Virus record (IMG/VR): IMGVR_UViG_3300015615_001076
Coordinates: 1 to 26,741 of that record
Direction: 5' to 3' (one strand)
Origin: a virus
Lineage: Duplodnaviria > Heunggongvirae > Uroviricota > Caudoviricetes
DNA: 26,741 nt
Made by a program: the position numbers and the translations under genes. Below the pieces are notes generated by a model, which had not been told where the DNA came from, searched no databases, and saw nothing but the letters and a program-made list of their open reading frames with translations. Shown here piece by piece: positions 1 to 7,851 of this stretch; position 1 is the stretch's first letter; each line of letters starts with the position of its first letter.

Positions 1-312
1 TCAGTCCCTCCTGCCATGCCGAACGATCTGTTCCAACGCCCTGATCCGATCTTCTCGATCGTCTGCGCCTCGCGTAACGGCTTTCAGCTGTTCGGTGAGT
101 TCAATTTGTCTTGTCTCCAACTGGGTAATACGGTCCCACTGCTTGGCATTGGTGGCTCGATTATCTTCAGCGGCCTGCTCAGCTCCGCGACTCCATACCC
201 CATACAAACCCCCACCAAAGAGAACAACGAGAGTACAAGAGCCCATGAATAAAGTTTTGTAATCCACGCTGACTCCCAGAGCAGAACGTGAATCGCTTGC
301 CTCATCTGACAT
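1..312 (-). CDS. Single-TM plus coiled-coil protein, putative holin/inner-spanin-like lysis protein (103 aa)
   Basis: Start trimmed to MSDEAS (ATG 312, AGGAGG 12 nt upstream); TGA at 1-3; hydrophobic segment TLVVLFGGGLYGVW followed by heptad-like RITQLETRQIELTEQLK...RIRALEQ; directly follows the DUF5675-like gene. Function is inferred. Confidence 0.55.
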   Translation of the reverse strand: MSDEASDSRSALGVSVDYKTLFMGSCTLVVLFGGGLYGVWSRGAEQAAEDNRATNAKQWDRITQLETRQIELTEQLKAVTRGADDREDRIRALEQIVRHGRRD

Positions 313-328
313 AGCATTGCGCTGCCTC

Positions 329-754
329 CTACACCTGCACCGCCGAGCCCAATAAGGTAAATTCATGAATCACGAGATCGAATTCAGGCACACCGTCCAA
401 GTACTTCAGCAGCTCACCAAATCCACGTTGGCTCGACACAAGCATCGGGCGATCCCACGTCCCGCTGAACTCTTCCCCAACCAAAACACAGCCTCGGGTA
501 TCGTCAATCGTGTTGCCTGCATGAAAGAGCACGTTGGTTCGTCCGGGAACATCGCAGATTTCATAGGTGTTGCCGAACTTCGGTGAGCGAATATTCCGGC
601 AGCGGTACCGCCCAGCCGGAATGCAGGACACGTTCTGCGCATTGTCTTGCCAGGGCCGTTCAAGCGTGAGCACAAACGGCACTTGGCCATGTCGCAAGAC
701 CCCAAACGTCCCTCGATTTGATTGGCCAACACGGATAAGGTCCAAGACGATCAC
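329..754 (-). CDS. DUF5675-family (L,D-transpeptidase-like) protein, putative endolysin (141 aa)
   Basis: Recognisable motifs TLERPW, SCIPAGRY and VLFHAGNTIDDTRGCVLVG (His...Gly-Cys catalytic-type motif); GTG start overlaps the upstream stop; GGAG RBS. Confidence 0.8.
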   Translation of the reverse strand: MIVLDLIRVGQSNRGTFGVLRHGQVPFVLTLERPWQDNAQNVSCIPAGRYRCRNIRSPKFGNTYEICDVPGRTNVLFHAGNTIDDTRGCVLVGEEFSGTWDRPMLVSSQRGFGELLKYLDGVPEFDLVIHEFTLLGSAVQV

Positions 755-933
755 AGATGTTCTCCGTTCCGCTCTCCAGGCTTTTGAGACAGATCATCCC
801 ACACATGACCGCGAGAGCGATCTTCCGTGGACCGCTCACACCCCCAGCATTTCCACGGCATGGCCAACCGCTCTTTCTCCAACGATCTGTTGCAGTTCGG
901 ATATGTGCGCGACCAGTCCTCAATGGCGGTCAT
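751..933 (-). CDS. Small hypothetical protein with CWGC motif, possibly a degenerate zinc ribbon (60 aa)
   Basis: ATG at 933 lies 1 nt after the stop of 935..1417, and its TGA overlaps the GTG of 329..754, so it fills the gap exactly. MTAIEDWSRTYPNC...PWKCWGCE. Confidence 0.55.
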   Translation of the reverse strand: MTAIEDWSRTYPNCNRSLEKERLAMPWKCWGCERSTEDRSRGHVWDDLSQKPGERNGEHL

Positions 934-934
934 C

Positions 935-1417
935 CTACGGCGCTCCCAACTGTCGATAGTGCCCATTCGCGCCTAACACGTAGGCTCCGGTCGGATCGAT
1001 CTTCAATGGACACGTCGCTTTGCCGGGCGAGGTATCCTCAAAACAGAAGAGGATGGGACGATGGATACCGGTCCCGCCTCGTTCGACCCCAATCCGATAG
1101 GCCCCGCCGTCCGTCTCATCGACCATCGCCGAGAGGCTGATGCGCTCCATACTGGGGTGGTCCCACTGATACCGATTCAAGGTGAGTTCGCACAAGGAAT
1201 GCTCTCGTGGCCGTATGGGACTGGCTGTTGGCCAGCAATCCCAGGCGGAACTCATGTCGGGGAGTTGGCTCTGTAGGCTGAGGCGACCGTCCGGCGATAC
1301 CCATTCCTTGGCTCGCAGCAAGCCGTTAAACCCCCAGTGGATGACGGAGGTCCAGGCAAAGACAAATCCAAGCATCAACGGAAGTAGGAGCGCGACGACC
1401 ACGATTTTCCTAGACAT
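935..1417 (-). CDS. Hypothetical protein with N-terminal signal peptide/TM anchor (160 aa)
   Basis: MSRKIVVVALLLPLMLGFVFA N-terminus (basic n-region, hydrophobic core, VFA); AGGA RBS; four Cys in the mature part. Confidence 0.7.
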   Translation of the reverse strand: MSRKIVVVALLLPLMLGFVFAWTSVIHWGFNGLLRAKEWVSPDGRLSLQSQLPDMSSAWDCWPTASPIRPREHSLCELTLNRYQWDHPSMERISLSAMVDETDGGAYRIGVERGGTGIHRPILFCFEDTSPGKATCPLKIDPTGAYVLGANGHYRQLGAP

Positions 1418-1429
1418 TGTGAGTCCTAC

Positions 1430-1690
1430 CTATCCTTCCTTCGGGTTCTTCGCGTCCTTCGGTTTCTTGACGCCAATCCGTTCGAGAATTTTTGGGTCCA
1501 TGACTTTGGCCGGTGGCGGAGTCGTCTGCGCGACCTGCGCACTCACCGCCTCCATCAAGGCTGCCGCAAACGCCGCGTCATCTTCGATCGGCAGTCCTCG
1601 AAAACGCAGGCCCCACGAACTCCCATCCTCCATATAGACTACGGCGTAGCCATTGCCGGACTCGTCAACATGTTGTAGCTCTAGCTCCAT
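1430..1690 (-). CDS. Small hypothetical protein after the tail fibre, possible fibre assembly chaperone (86 aa)
   Basis: AAGAAAGGA RBS before ATG 1690; fits between neighbouring genes; function inferred from position only. Confidence 0.65.
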   Translation of the reverse strand: MELELQHVDESGNGYAVVYMEDGSSWGLRFRGLPIEDDAAFAAALMEAVSAQVAQTTPPPAKVMDPKILERIGVKKPKDAKNPKEG

Positions 1691-1702
1691 GTTCGTCCTT
1701 TC

Positions 1703-3814
1703 TTAGGTGCGCAGCATGTAATTGGCGACCATAAACGGGGGCATATTGGGCGTATACGCATTACTGCCCGCCGACCCGCTTGGGGTCGAGACGTAGCCCA
1801 CATTGACGCCGTTGGCGAACGTGGACCCGGCACCAATCGGCTTGTCGTAGGGGTGGTTGTGGCCGACCAACTCCGTGAGGCTCTGCGCGTGTTCGGTTTC
1901 TCCGCCGCGTGCCCCGATTGAGCGGGCCTCCAGGGTATGCGTGATGGTATGGATGCCGCTCCCCTGCGAGGTGAGATCAATCACGATGCCGTTTTGCGCA
2001 TTGAGCAACGAACTCGCAAAATAGACGGTCGTGGCCCCGCCGCGTACGAGATAATAGGTCGGTCCGGCGGAGAGGCCTGTAGGCAAGGAGCCCGTGGTGG
2101 ACAAGACCACCTGCATGCCGGTAATCCACTTGTCTTTGTTGCTCACCACCGTCCACGTATCCCCGCCGGTTGAGACGGCTGAGGCCGCAACTGATTCAGT
2201 CAACGTCCCGGTCCCCGCATAGACCACGGTGCGACTGCGCAGGTCGGGAATGAGGAAATTCCGGTAGAGACTGTGCGTGCCGGTGCCCGTCGAGGTGAGA
2301 TCAATGGCGGCTCCGTTGCGGGTTAGGGACAATTGCCAGGTGTTAGACGTGGCGTTCAGCACATAATACTTGGTCAAGGTGGCGAGTCCGCCAGGCAAGG
2401 CCCCACCCGCGTTGCTCAGATGACACACGGTGCCGTTCACCATGCCATGGGCGGCGAGCGTCAGCGCATTCGTCCCGGCATCCGCCGTGAAATCGCCGAG
2501 AGGGGTGCCCCGAGCGTTGTACACCGCCAGGGACGGCAATAGCTCCGTAAAGACCCCCTCAAACACCGTACAACTGCGTTCGGTGGTGGAATTGGCAAAC
2601 AAATACCCATCGGGCGGCGATGTCCCCCAAAAATCCTGTCCACTCCCGACACACTCTGGGGGACCGCTCCGCGCTTCGAGGATCCACAGTCCGGCCCCCA
2701 ACGAAATGAAGGTCACCATCTCATCGGCCACCGCTCGATAGATCTTCCCGAATGGCAAGAGCAGTTTGGTGACGTCATGAATAAAGTTGAGTCCGTTGAT
2801 CACCCGAAACGTTAGGCGCGTATCCACATCCCGTGTGGCAATGGCTTCCACATTGACCGTGCCAGTGAGATGGTAGAGCCGAGCAACGCCGACCGGCGTG
2901 ATCGTCGCGGCCGAGGCGATATCCGACCCTTTTCCGTAGGATTCTCGCGCCGCCGGACTGCCGGACCAAATGTCTCGGAGATCGGTAACTTCGTTGGTAT
3001 CGATGGTCGTGTCGCCAGCCGTACGGGCAACACGGAACATGGGCAGCGCATACACATACCCATCCAAGGTCCCGAGGGCGGTCTGATGCGCGGACGAACC
3101 GCTTCCAGCCCGGAAGAGCCCGCTATCATCGCCCACCGCGACATAGTTGATCGCGGACGCCGAGACCAGCGGCCCTTGCGCAAACACGACCGGATCCGGG
3201 ACACCTTTCGGATAGGTGGTGAAATTGACGCCGGTCACGGTGCGAATCCGGTATTGCACCTGGACGCGCCGGCGGATTTCGAAGTTGACTTCGTTGATGT
3301 CATCGACCGGATTCGTGCCACCAAACAGGAGGTTGCCGTATTTATAGATCGCGGTCGGGCTCGGTTTATTGACCGACGAGGGGGTGCTGGCGATGGACCC
3401 CGGAACTTCGGCCAGCCACACTTCGAGAAAGGCCAGATCGTCACGGGATCCTGACCCTGGAGGAGCGGGCATCGTAATCTGACTTTCGGATTCGCTGTTG
3501 AGCGTGCTGCCGACTTCCGTAATCGGCAGACCGTCGAGATAGGCATCCGCCTTCCCGAGGCGAAAGCTATTCACGGGAAAAGCTCCGCTAAAGGAGAGTG
3601 TGGATTTAGACATCCACCCGGAGGGGCCGAGACGACGCACCAGCCGCCGCAGCTGATCCAGGACCATGCGCTGATACAGGCCGTCTTCTTTCGACGAGGC
3701 CGGTGTCGATTTGCCACACACCGACCCCACCATATTGCTCGACTGAATCGATTTCGACGCTGCGGTATCAGCGGAATCGGTACTAAACGCGTTGGTCGTT
3801 TTCTCCCACGGCAT
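1703..3814 (-). CDS. Tail fibre protein with baseplate-attachment N-terminus and C-terminal tail-collar-like domain (703 aa)
   Basis: Start trimmed to MPWEK (ATG 3814; GAGG upstream). Collar-like motifs FWGTSPPDGYLFAN, FLIPDLRSRTVVYAG, SIGARGGETEH and the terminal PNMPPFMVANYMLRT; located after the baseplate wedge genes. Confidence 0.85.
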   Translation of the reverse strand: MPWEKTTNAFSTDSADTAASKSIQSSNMVGSVCGKSTPASSKEDGLYQRMVLDQLRRLVRRLGPSGWMSKSTLSFSGAFPVNSFRLGKADAYLDGLPITEVGSTLNSESESQITMPAPPGSGSRDDLAFLEVWLAEVPGSIASTPSSVNKPSPTAIYKYGNLLFGGTNPVDDINEVNFEIRRRVQVQYRIRTVTGVNFTTYPKGVPDPVVFAQGPLVSASAINYVAVGDDSGLFRAGSGSSAHQTALGTLDGYVYALPMFRVARTAGDTTIDTNEVTDLRDIWSGSPAARESYGKGSDIASAATITPVGVARLYHLTGTVNVEAIATRDVDTRLTFRVINGLNFIHDVTKLLLPFGKIYRAVADEMVTFISLGAGLWILEARSGPPECVGSGQDFWGTSPPDGYLFANSTTERSCTVFEGVFTELLPSLAVYNARGTPLGDFTADAGTNALTLAAHGMVNGTVCHLSNAGGALPGGLATLTKYYVLNATSNTWQLSLTRNGAAIDLTSTGTGTHSLYRNFLIPDLRSRTVVYAGTGTLTESVAASAVSTGGDTWTVVSNKDKWITGMQVVLSTTGSLPTGLSAGPTYYLVRGGATTVYFASSLLNAQNGIVIDLTSQGSGIHTITHTLEARSIGARGGETEHAQSLTELVGHNHPYDKPIGAGSTFANGVNVGYVSTPSGSAGSNAYTPNMPPFMVANYMLRT
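1967..2305. repeat. 15-bp direct repeat cgaggtgagatcaat (1967-1981 and 2291-2305) at the ends of two duplicated ~75 aa fibre modules
   Basis: Read directly; both copies encode IDLTS in the tail fibre. Confidence 0.85.
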
Positions 3815-3832
3815 AGCCAGCCTGCCTCTTGC

Positions 3833-3848
3833 GCACCTCCCTGCGTGC
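3833..3848 (-). promoter_or_regulatory. Leader motif GCACGCAGGGAGGTGC (hairpin with GGA loop) upstream of the tail fibre gene
   Basis: 15/16 identical to 26006..26021 in the capsid leader; both copies are intergenic and shortly upstream of the start codon. Confidence 0.55.
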
Positions 3849-3930
3849 TTAGGTCCCCTGGAACAAGTCTCTTGATGACGAGCGTGAGGACTCCGCTCCG
3901 CGCTGGCCACGCGGCATCAAGATGAGTGGT

Positions 3931-4728
3931 TTAGGTCACCGTCACCTGCATGATCACCGCCTTCGTTCCCGCTGATCGATGCCGCGTCAACAACGCGAGG
4001 ACATCCGCTTCCGTCACGGGCAACTCGATACTGGGACGCCCAAACATCTTCCGAGCTGTATCGGCCGGTCCGCCGCTTAAATCGACCGAGGTGAGGTGCC
4101 CATCACAGACCTGCGTGTAGGGCGGCATACCGGTCAGATGCTGATCGGTAATCAAGACCAACGGAAAGAACGCAATGATTTGGTCGAGCGTAAACAGATA
4201 GGGATCATCCGCCTCCACGGTCATCCATACGCCAAATGCCCCTGGCACATAGGGCGGCAAGGCATCGCAGCGCACCGCTTGATCGGGAAGCGGCCCATTG
4301 AATCCCGGCAGCAAATGGGCATCGCAGAGTTGTGGCGGATGGCCTGGCGGTGTCGTCCACTGATCGTAGTGCAGCACATAGGGATAGAGATCGGCCAAGG
4401 CGATATTGAGATCGAACGCATGTTGCAGAAGTTGTTCGAGGGCATGAATTTGTGGCCGCTGTCGGACGGTTTCGGCAATGATCTTGGTCGCGTACTGGTG
4501 GTCGGTTTCGGCATCAACCCCGCGAGGCACTGCGAAGTGATCGCCCCACTGCGTCAGCCATCGTCCCCCAACCGTCTGAAAGTCCAGTTCGGCGATGGCA
4601 TACCCACCATCGAGATGCCCGCGATCTATGCCCGTGCCCCATGCGCCCAGTACGGCATTGAGCAACGGCGTGGATGCCCGGCCATAGACCCGGCCAAGAT
4701 TGGTGCGTATGCGCTCTGCGCTCGTCAT
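3931..4728 (-). CDS. Baseplate wedge subunit (tail protein I/gp7-like) (265 aa)
   Basis: Start trimmed to MTSAERI (ATGA overlap with the J gene stop). Motifs GGRWLTQWGDHFAVPR...ETDHQYATKII and RSAGTKAVI are typical of the J-adjacent wedge protein. Confidence 0.8.
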   Translation of the reverse strand: MTSAERIRTNLGRVYGRASTPLLNAVLGAWGTGIDRGHLDGGYAIAELDFQTVGGRWLTQWGDHFAVPRGVDAETDHQYATKIIAETVRQRPQIHALEQLLQHAFDLNIALADLYPYVLHYDQWTTPPGHPPQLCDAHLLPGFNGPLPDQAVRCDALPPYVPGAFGVWMTVEADDPYLFTLDQIIAFFPLVLITDQHLTGMPPYTQVCDGHLTSVDLSGGPADTARKMFGRPSIELPVTEADVLALLTRHRSAGTKAVIMQVTVT

Positions 4729-5858
4729 GAGACGGTCATGGTCCCTAATCGTATCCGTTGTCCGCTCAGACACGACACATCAGCCGATGGCGTACTGAGC
4801 GTCAGGGTTTTGACACCCGTCACGCGAATCAGGGTCGCCAATAATTGTTCCCAATCCAACGACCCGCCAATACTCAGGCCGTCAAACACACCGCTTGCAG
4901 CCACCTTCAACGCCGCCGTCACGTCCGCTAAGAGGGCGTTCGGCAGCAGTGTCACGACACAGATCACGTTTTGCGTCACTGAGGTGACCGCTTCGACCGT
5001 GATGACGACCCCGGCCGCTTTATAGCCGATCACGGCATTCCCCGCCGTGTCCGTATAGCCATCGATCACTTGCTGGCAGGTCGCAATGAGCGGTGCGGAC
5101 GCGGAGCCCGCGCCGTTATCAATGTAGAGCGTCGCGGTGCCGACCGGTTTGGAGGGATCCGTCAGATACTCTTCCACCACTTTCGCGACCGCCACGCGTT
5201 CCACGATCCCGCCGGCACTGTCCAGCAACCGTACGGTTTTGGCCCCAGCCTCAACGCCCGCGATGGGCGACCGCGCCAAGGAGGCAATGAATTCTTGAAA
5301 ACGGATTTGTCGGGTATCGTCCGATTCCTCATCGGTCCCGCCCGTCATCGCCGCTGCATTGGTCACCGCTTCAATCCCGAGGATTGCGGTGCGCAAGACC
5401 GTGACGGAAGTGGCGGCCACATTACTCGCCGCGCCCGTCACACCAGCCACGACAGACGCGGTGCGGGTCGTTTGACCAGCCACGAGCGTCACATCAGCAA
5501 TCGTCTGAAACTCGACCCCATCCGCCGTCGCCACCACGGTCCCTTGCGGAATCAGATAGTCCTGTCCGGCCGCCACGCTGCGGCTGAACGTCACCGTCCC
5601 GGCTGCCGCCGTCGCCGCCAGCCGGGTGAAATCGAACGCGGTATAGATGGCTTCGGGAATCGCCTTTTCGGTGGATTTATAGAGCCGGTAGTAGAGTTCT
5701 TCCAGTTCCATCGCCACGGCTTCGAGCAACGTGCGATTCACCGACCCGATATTGAAATCCGTGATGAACGTTTGCACGGACGCGAGATAGTTCAGCATCG
5801 ACGTGGTAATCGACTCAAAATGTTTGAGGTCGAATTCCACGCGGACCGGGGTCGGCAT
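4725..5858 (-). CDS. Baseplate J-like protein (377 aa)
   Basis: DFNIGSVNRTLLEAVA, RLAATAAAGTVTF, IPQGTVVAT, AMTGGTDEESDD..R.RFQEFIASLAR motifs; TAAGGAG RBS. Confidence 0.92.
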   Translation of the reverse strand: MPTPVRVEFDLKHFESITTSMLNYLASVQTFITDFNIGSVNRTLLEAVAMELEELYYRLYKSTEKAIPEAIYTAFDFTRLAATAAAGTVTFSRSVAAGQDYLIPQGTVVATADGVEFQTIADVTLVAGQTTRTASVVAGVTGAASNVAATSVTVLRTAILGIEAVTNAAAMTGGTDEESDDTRQIRFQEFIASLARSPIAGVEAGAKTVRLLDSAGGIVERVAVAKVVEEYLTDPSKPVGTATLYIDNGAGSASAPLIATCQQVIDGYTDTAGNAVIGYKAAGVVITVEAVTSVTQNVICVVTLLPNALLADVTAALKVAASGVFDGLSIGGSLDWEQLLATLIRVTGVKTLTLSTPSADVSCLSGQRIRLGTMTVS

Positions 5859-5866
5859 AGCACTCC

Positions 5867-6499
5867 TTAGACGGACACGACCACATTCAAGGGCACATCA
5901 TCATCCACGCCAATGACTTCGCACTGCGCCGTAATATGCAGCGCATCGATCGCATGCTGCACGGTCACGGAGGGAAGGGATCGAATGCGCGGATCACTCA
6001 GCAAGACTTCAATCACTTCTAATCGCACGAGGCTCACGCGAGCGTGATCGAGCGGATGGCCGATATGGGCGTCCAGGTTCGATCCGTAGTGCGGCCGATA
6101 GGCCAATTCTCCTTTGCGGGTCAGTAACCGGTGTCGCAACGATTGTTGCAGGTTGGCAATGCCGCTGGTCGTCCGCCAGTCTTGGGTTCCGGTGTTGGCC
6201 TCCAAATCTCCCGCGTCGGAGAGCGACAAATCGACCCCTAACAGCACATCATAGATATCGTCAGGATCGGCTTGTTCCGCCCGTTGCAGATCAGCCCCGA
6301 CCAACCCTGAGGGGAGCAGTAATGTATCGCCCAGCCCCAAGACACGTCCTGGATGAGCGGTACCGGAGATGTCGATGTACGGCCAGTCCAGTTTGTTGAA
6401 TTCCGCCAGCACGATCCATTGATCGGCATGCCCCATCACGCGTCGAGCAATCTGATGCAAGGTATCGCCGGCTTGAATCGTATAGCGTTGCGTCGCCAT
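5867..6499 (-). CDS. LysM-domain/gp25-like baseplate wedge (sheath initiator) fusion (210 aa)
   Basis: Start trimmed to MATQRYTIQAGDTLHQIARR (TAATG overlap); LysM motif, then GIANLQQSLRHRLLTRKGELAYRPHYGS...DPRI, a gp25/GPW-like signature. Confidence 0.88.
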   Translation of the reverse strand: MATQRYTIQAGDTLHQIARRVMGHADQWIVLAEFNKLDWPYIDISGTAHPGRVLGLGDTLLLPSGLVGADLQRAEQADPDDIYDVLLGVDLSLSDAGDLEANTGTQDWRTTSGIANLQQSLRHRLLTRKGELAYRPHYGSNLDAHIGHPLDHARVSLVRLEVIEVLLSDPRIRSLPSVTVQHAIDALHITAQCEVIGVDDDVPLNVVVSV

Positions 6500-7851
6500 T
6501 AGATCCTCGGAATCACCAGCGGGAGACTCGCACTCCACGTCGGGGCTTTCACCCGTGGGAAGGTCGAGGCACACCCGCTCAGACGAAACAGATCAAAGAT
6601 CGCTTGTAAGCTATCGCGCATGCCTTTGACGAAGAGATAGGGAAACGCCAAGAGGGATTGCACGGCGCAGAGCAAATTCCTGAGCGAGGTGCGTAAATTT
6701 CTCAGCGCCATGCCAAATCGCGCCGTCATCTTCGTCAAGCTGAGCGCCCAGCCCAACCCTAACATGAGCCCGCGAATCTCCTTCACGTAATTATTCACTG
6801 ACTTGATGGGCGTCGTGATATAGGAAATGCCTCGGTCCATATATTGGTTCACGGTGGAGAGGAGGCCCTTCCCTGTCGTGCGTGCCCCATCCAACCGTTG
6901 GCCAAACGTCTTCGCGCTACTGAGCACCGTGGACGCGGCTGATTGAATCGCCGCCAGGGCGGCTGAGGGACTGGGCAAACTGGTGCCGGTGTCTCGCGCT
7001 AAATCGACTTGCACCTGATAGTCGCTGATGGCCTGGATCGCCTCTGGTCCCAGCGGATCGGCCTGCGCGGCTTGCACGATGGTGTTCGTCTGTTGCTCCG
7101 CCACGGGATCGGTCGTCGCCGCTTGTTGGGCCTCGGTCGCCGCCGCGTCCGTGTCCGCGACTGCCGCCGTCAGGGCTTTACTGATCCCCTGCACACGTCC
7201 TTCCCCGCCATGCAGTCCATCCCCAATCGGATCGTCGACGCCGGGTTGTTTGACGCGCAAATCTTGCAGACCCGTGAAGCGTAACTCGTAATTGATCCAG
7301 AGCGCCTGATCTTTTGAACGTCGTTTCGTCGGCACACCGTCCGGCTCGACAATCCAATAATCATCGTCGTGATGATCGCGGAAATAGAGCCTGAGGAGCG
7401 GTTGCGGCGTCCCGGTTCGTGCGGCGAGAATCGTCCGTTCTTGATTTTCATCGAAATAGGTCTGCAGCAGATCGTGGAGCGCATGATAGGCCAAGTACCC
7501 ATCCATCAGCCTGTCCGGACTGTCCAGCCCTCTCGATCCAATCTCGCCTTCATCCCACGGACGCGCCCGCCATCCAGTGACGCCCCGGAGCGTCCATTTC
7601 GGCAAATCGAGCCCAAAGCTATCCACCCAGTGGCCGTGTGGTGTGCGCGTGACGTGATTCCGCGCCGGCTGGTCCTTGGCCAGATCTTGGGGATTCACGA
7701 AGAAGGTCAACCCTCCTGAGAATCGGACCCCTTGTCCGTTTCGCAGCACGGTGTAGGGCTGTTTTGTCTTCCCATTCACCTCAAAGAGAAACAGGCTGAA
7801 GATCCGTGTCACCGTCGCCAATTCGGTAAAGTGCGTTTGGTTTTGGATCAT
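6499..7851 (-). CDS. Baseplate/tail tube initiator-like protein (450 aa)
   Basis: FFVNPQDL...TRTPHGHWVDSFG...WTLRGVTG beta-rich N-terminus resembling tube-initiator proteins, with an Ala-rich helical C-terminus; lies between spike and gp25-like genes. Confidence 0.65.
   Translation of the reverse strand: MIQNQTHFTELATVTRIFSLFLFEVNGKTKQPYTVLRNGQGVRFSGGLTFFVNPQDLAKDQPARNHVTRTPHGHWVDSFGLDLPKWTLRGVTGWRARPWDEGEIGSRGLDSPDRLMDGYLAYHALHDLLQTYFDENQERTILAARTGTPQPLLRLYFRDHHDDDYWIVEPDGVPTKRRSKDQALWINYELRFTGLQDLRVKQPGVDDPIGDGLHGGEGRVQGISKALTAAVADTDAAATEAQQAATTDPVAEQQTNTIVQAAQADPLGPEAIQAISDYQVQVDLARDTGTSLPSPSAALAAIQSAASTVLSSAKTFGQRLDGARTTGKGLLSTVNQYMDRGISYITTPIKSVNNYVKEIRGLMLGLGWALSLTKMTARFGMALRNLRTSLRNLLCAVQSLLAFPYLFVKGMRDSLQAIFDLFRLSGCASTFPRVKAPTWSASLPLVIPRI

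Noticed and set aside
1703-2200. Diversity-generating retroelement target in the tail fibre C-terminus
   Set aside because: No near-identical ~100-bp TR/VR pair differing at adenines and no reverse transcriptase in the window; the only exact repeat found is 15 bp.
3815-3910. Extended N-termini from the ORF track (e.g. 3910, 4773, 6574, 12392, 21525, 24507, 366, 966)
   Set aside because: Downstream ATGs have better RBSs or ATGA/TAATG coupling; the extensions overlap upstream genes or structured leaders.
3868-3925. Hammerhead ribozyme (CUUGAUGA resembles the CUGAUGA core within a three-stem fold)
   Set aside because: The core has an extra U and the required GAAA segment is absent on both strands.
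4096-5870. Long plus-strand ORFs 4096..5025 and 5070..5870 (also 8648..9469, 16692..17438, 24526..25272)
   Set aside because: They are antisense shadows of well-supported minus-strand genes, as expected in high-GC DNA, and have no recognisable motifs.
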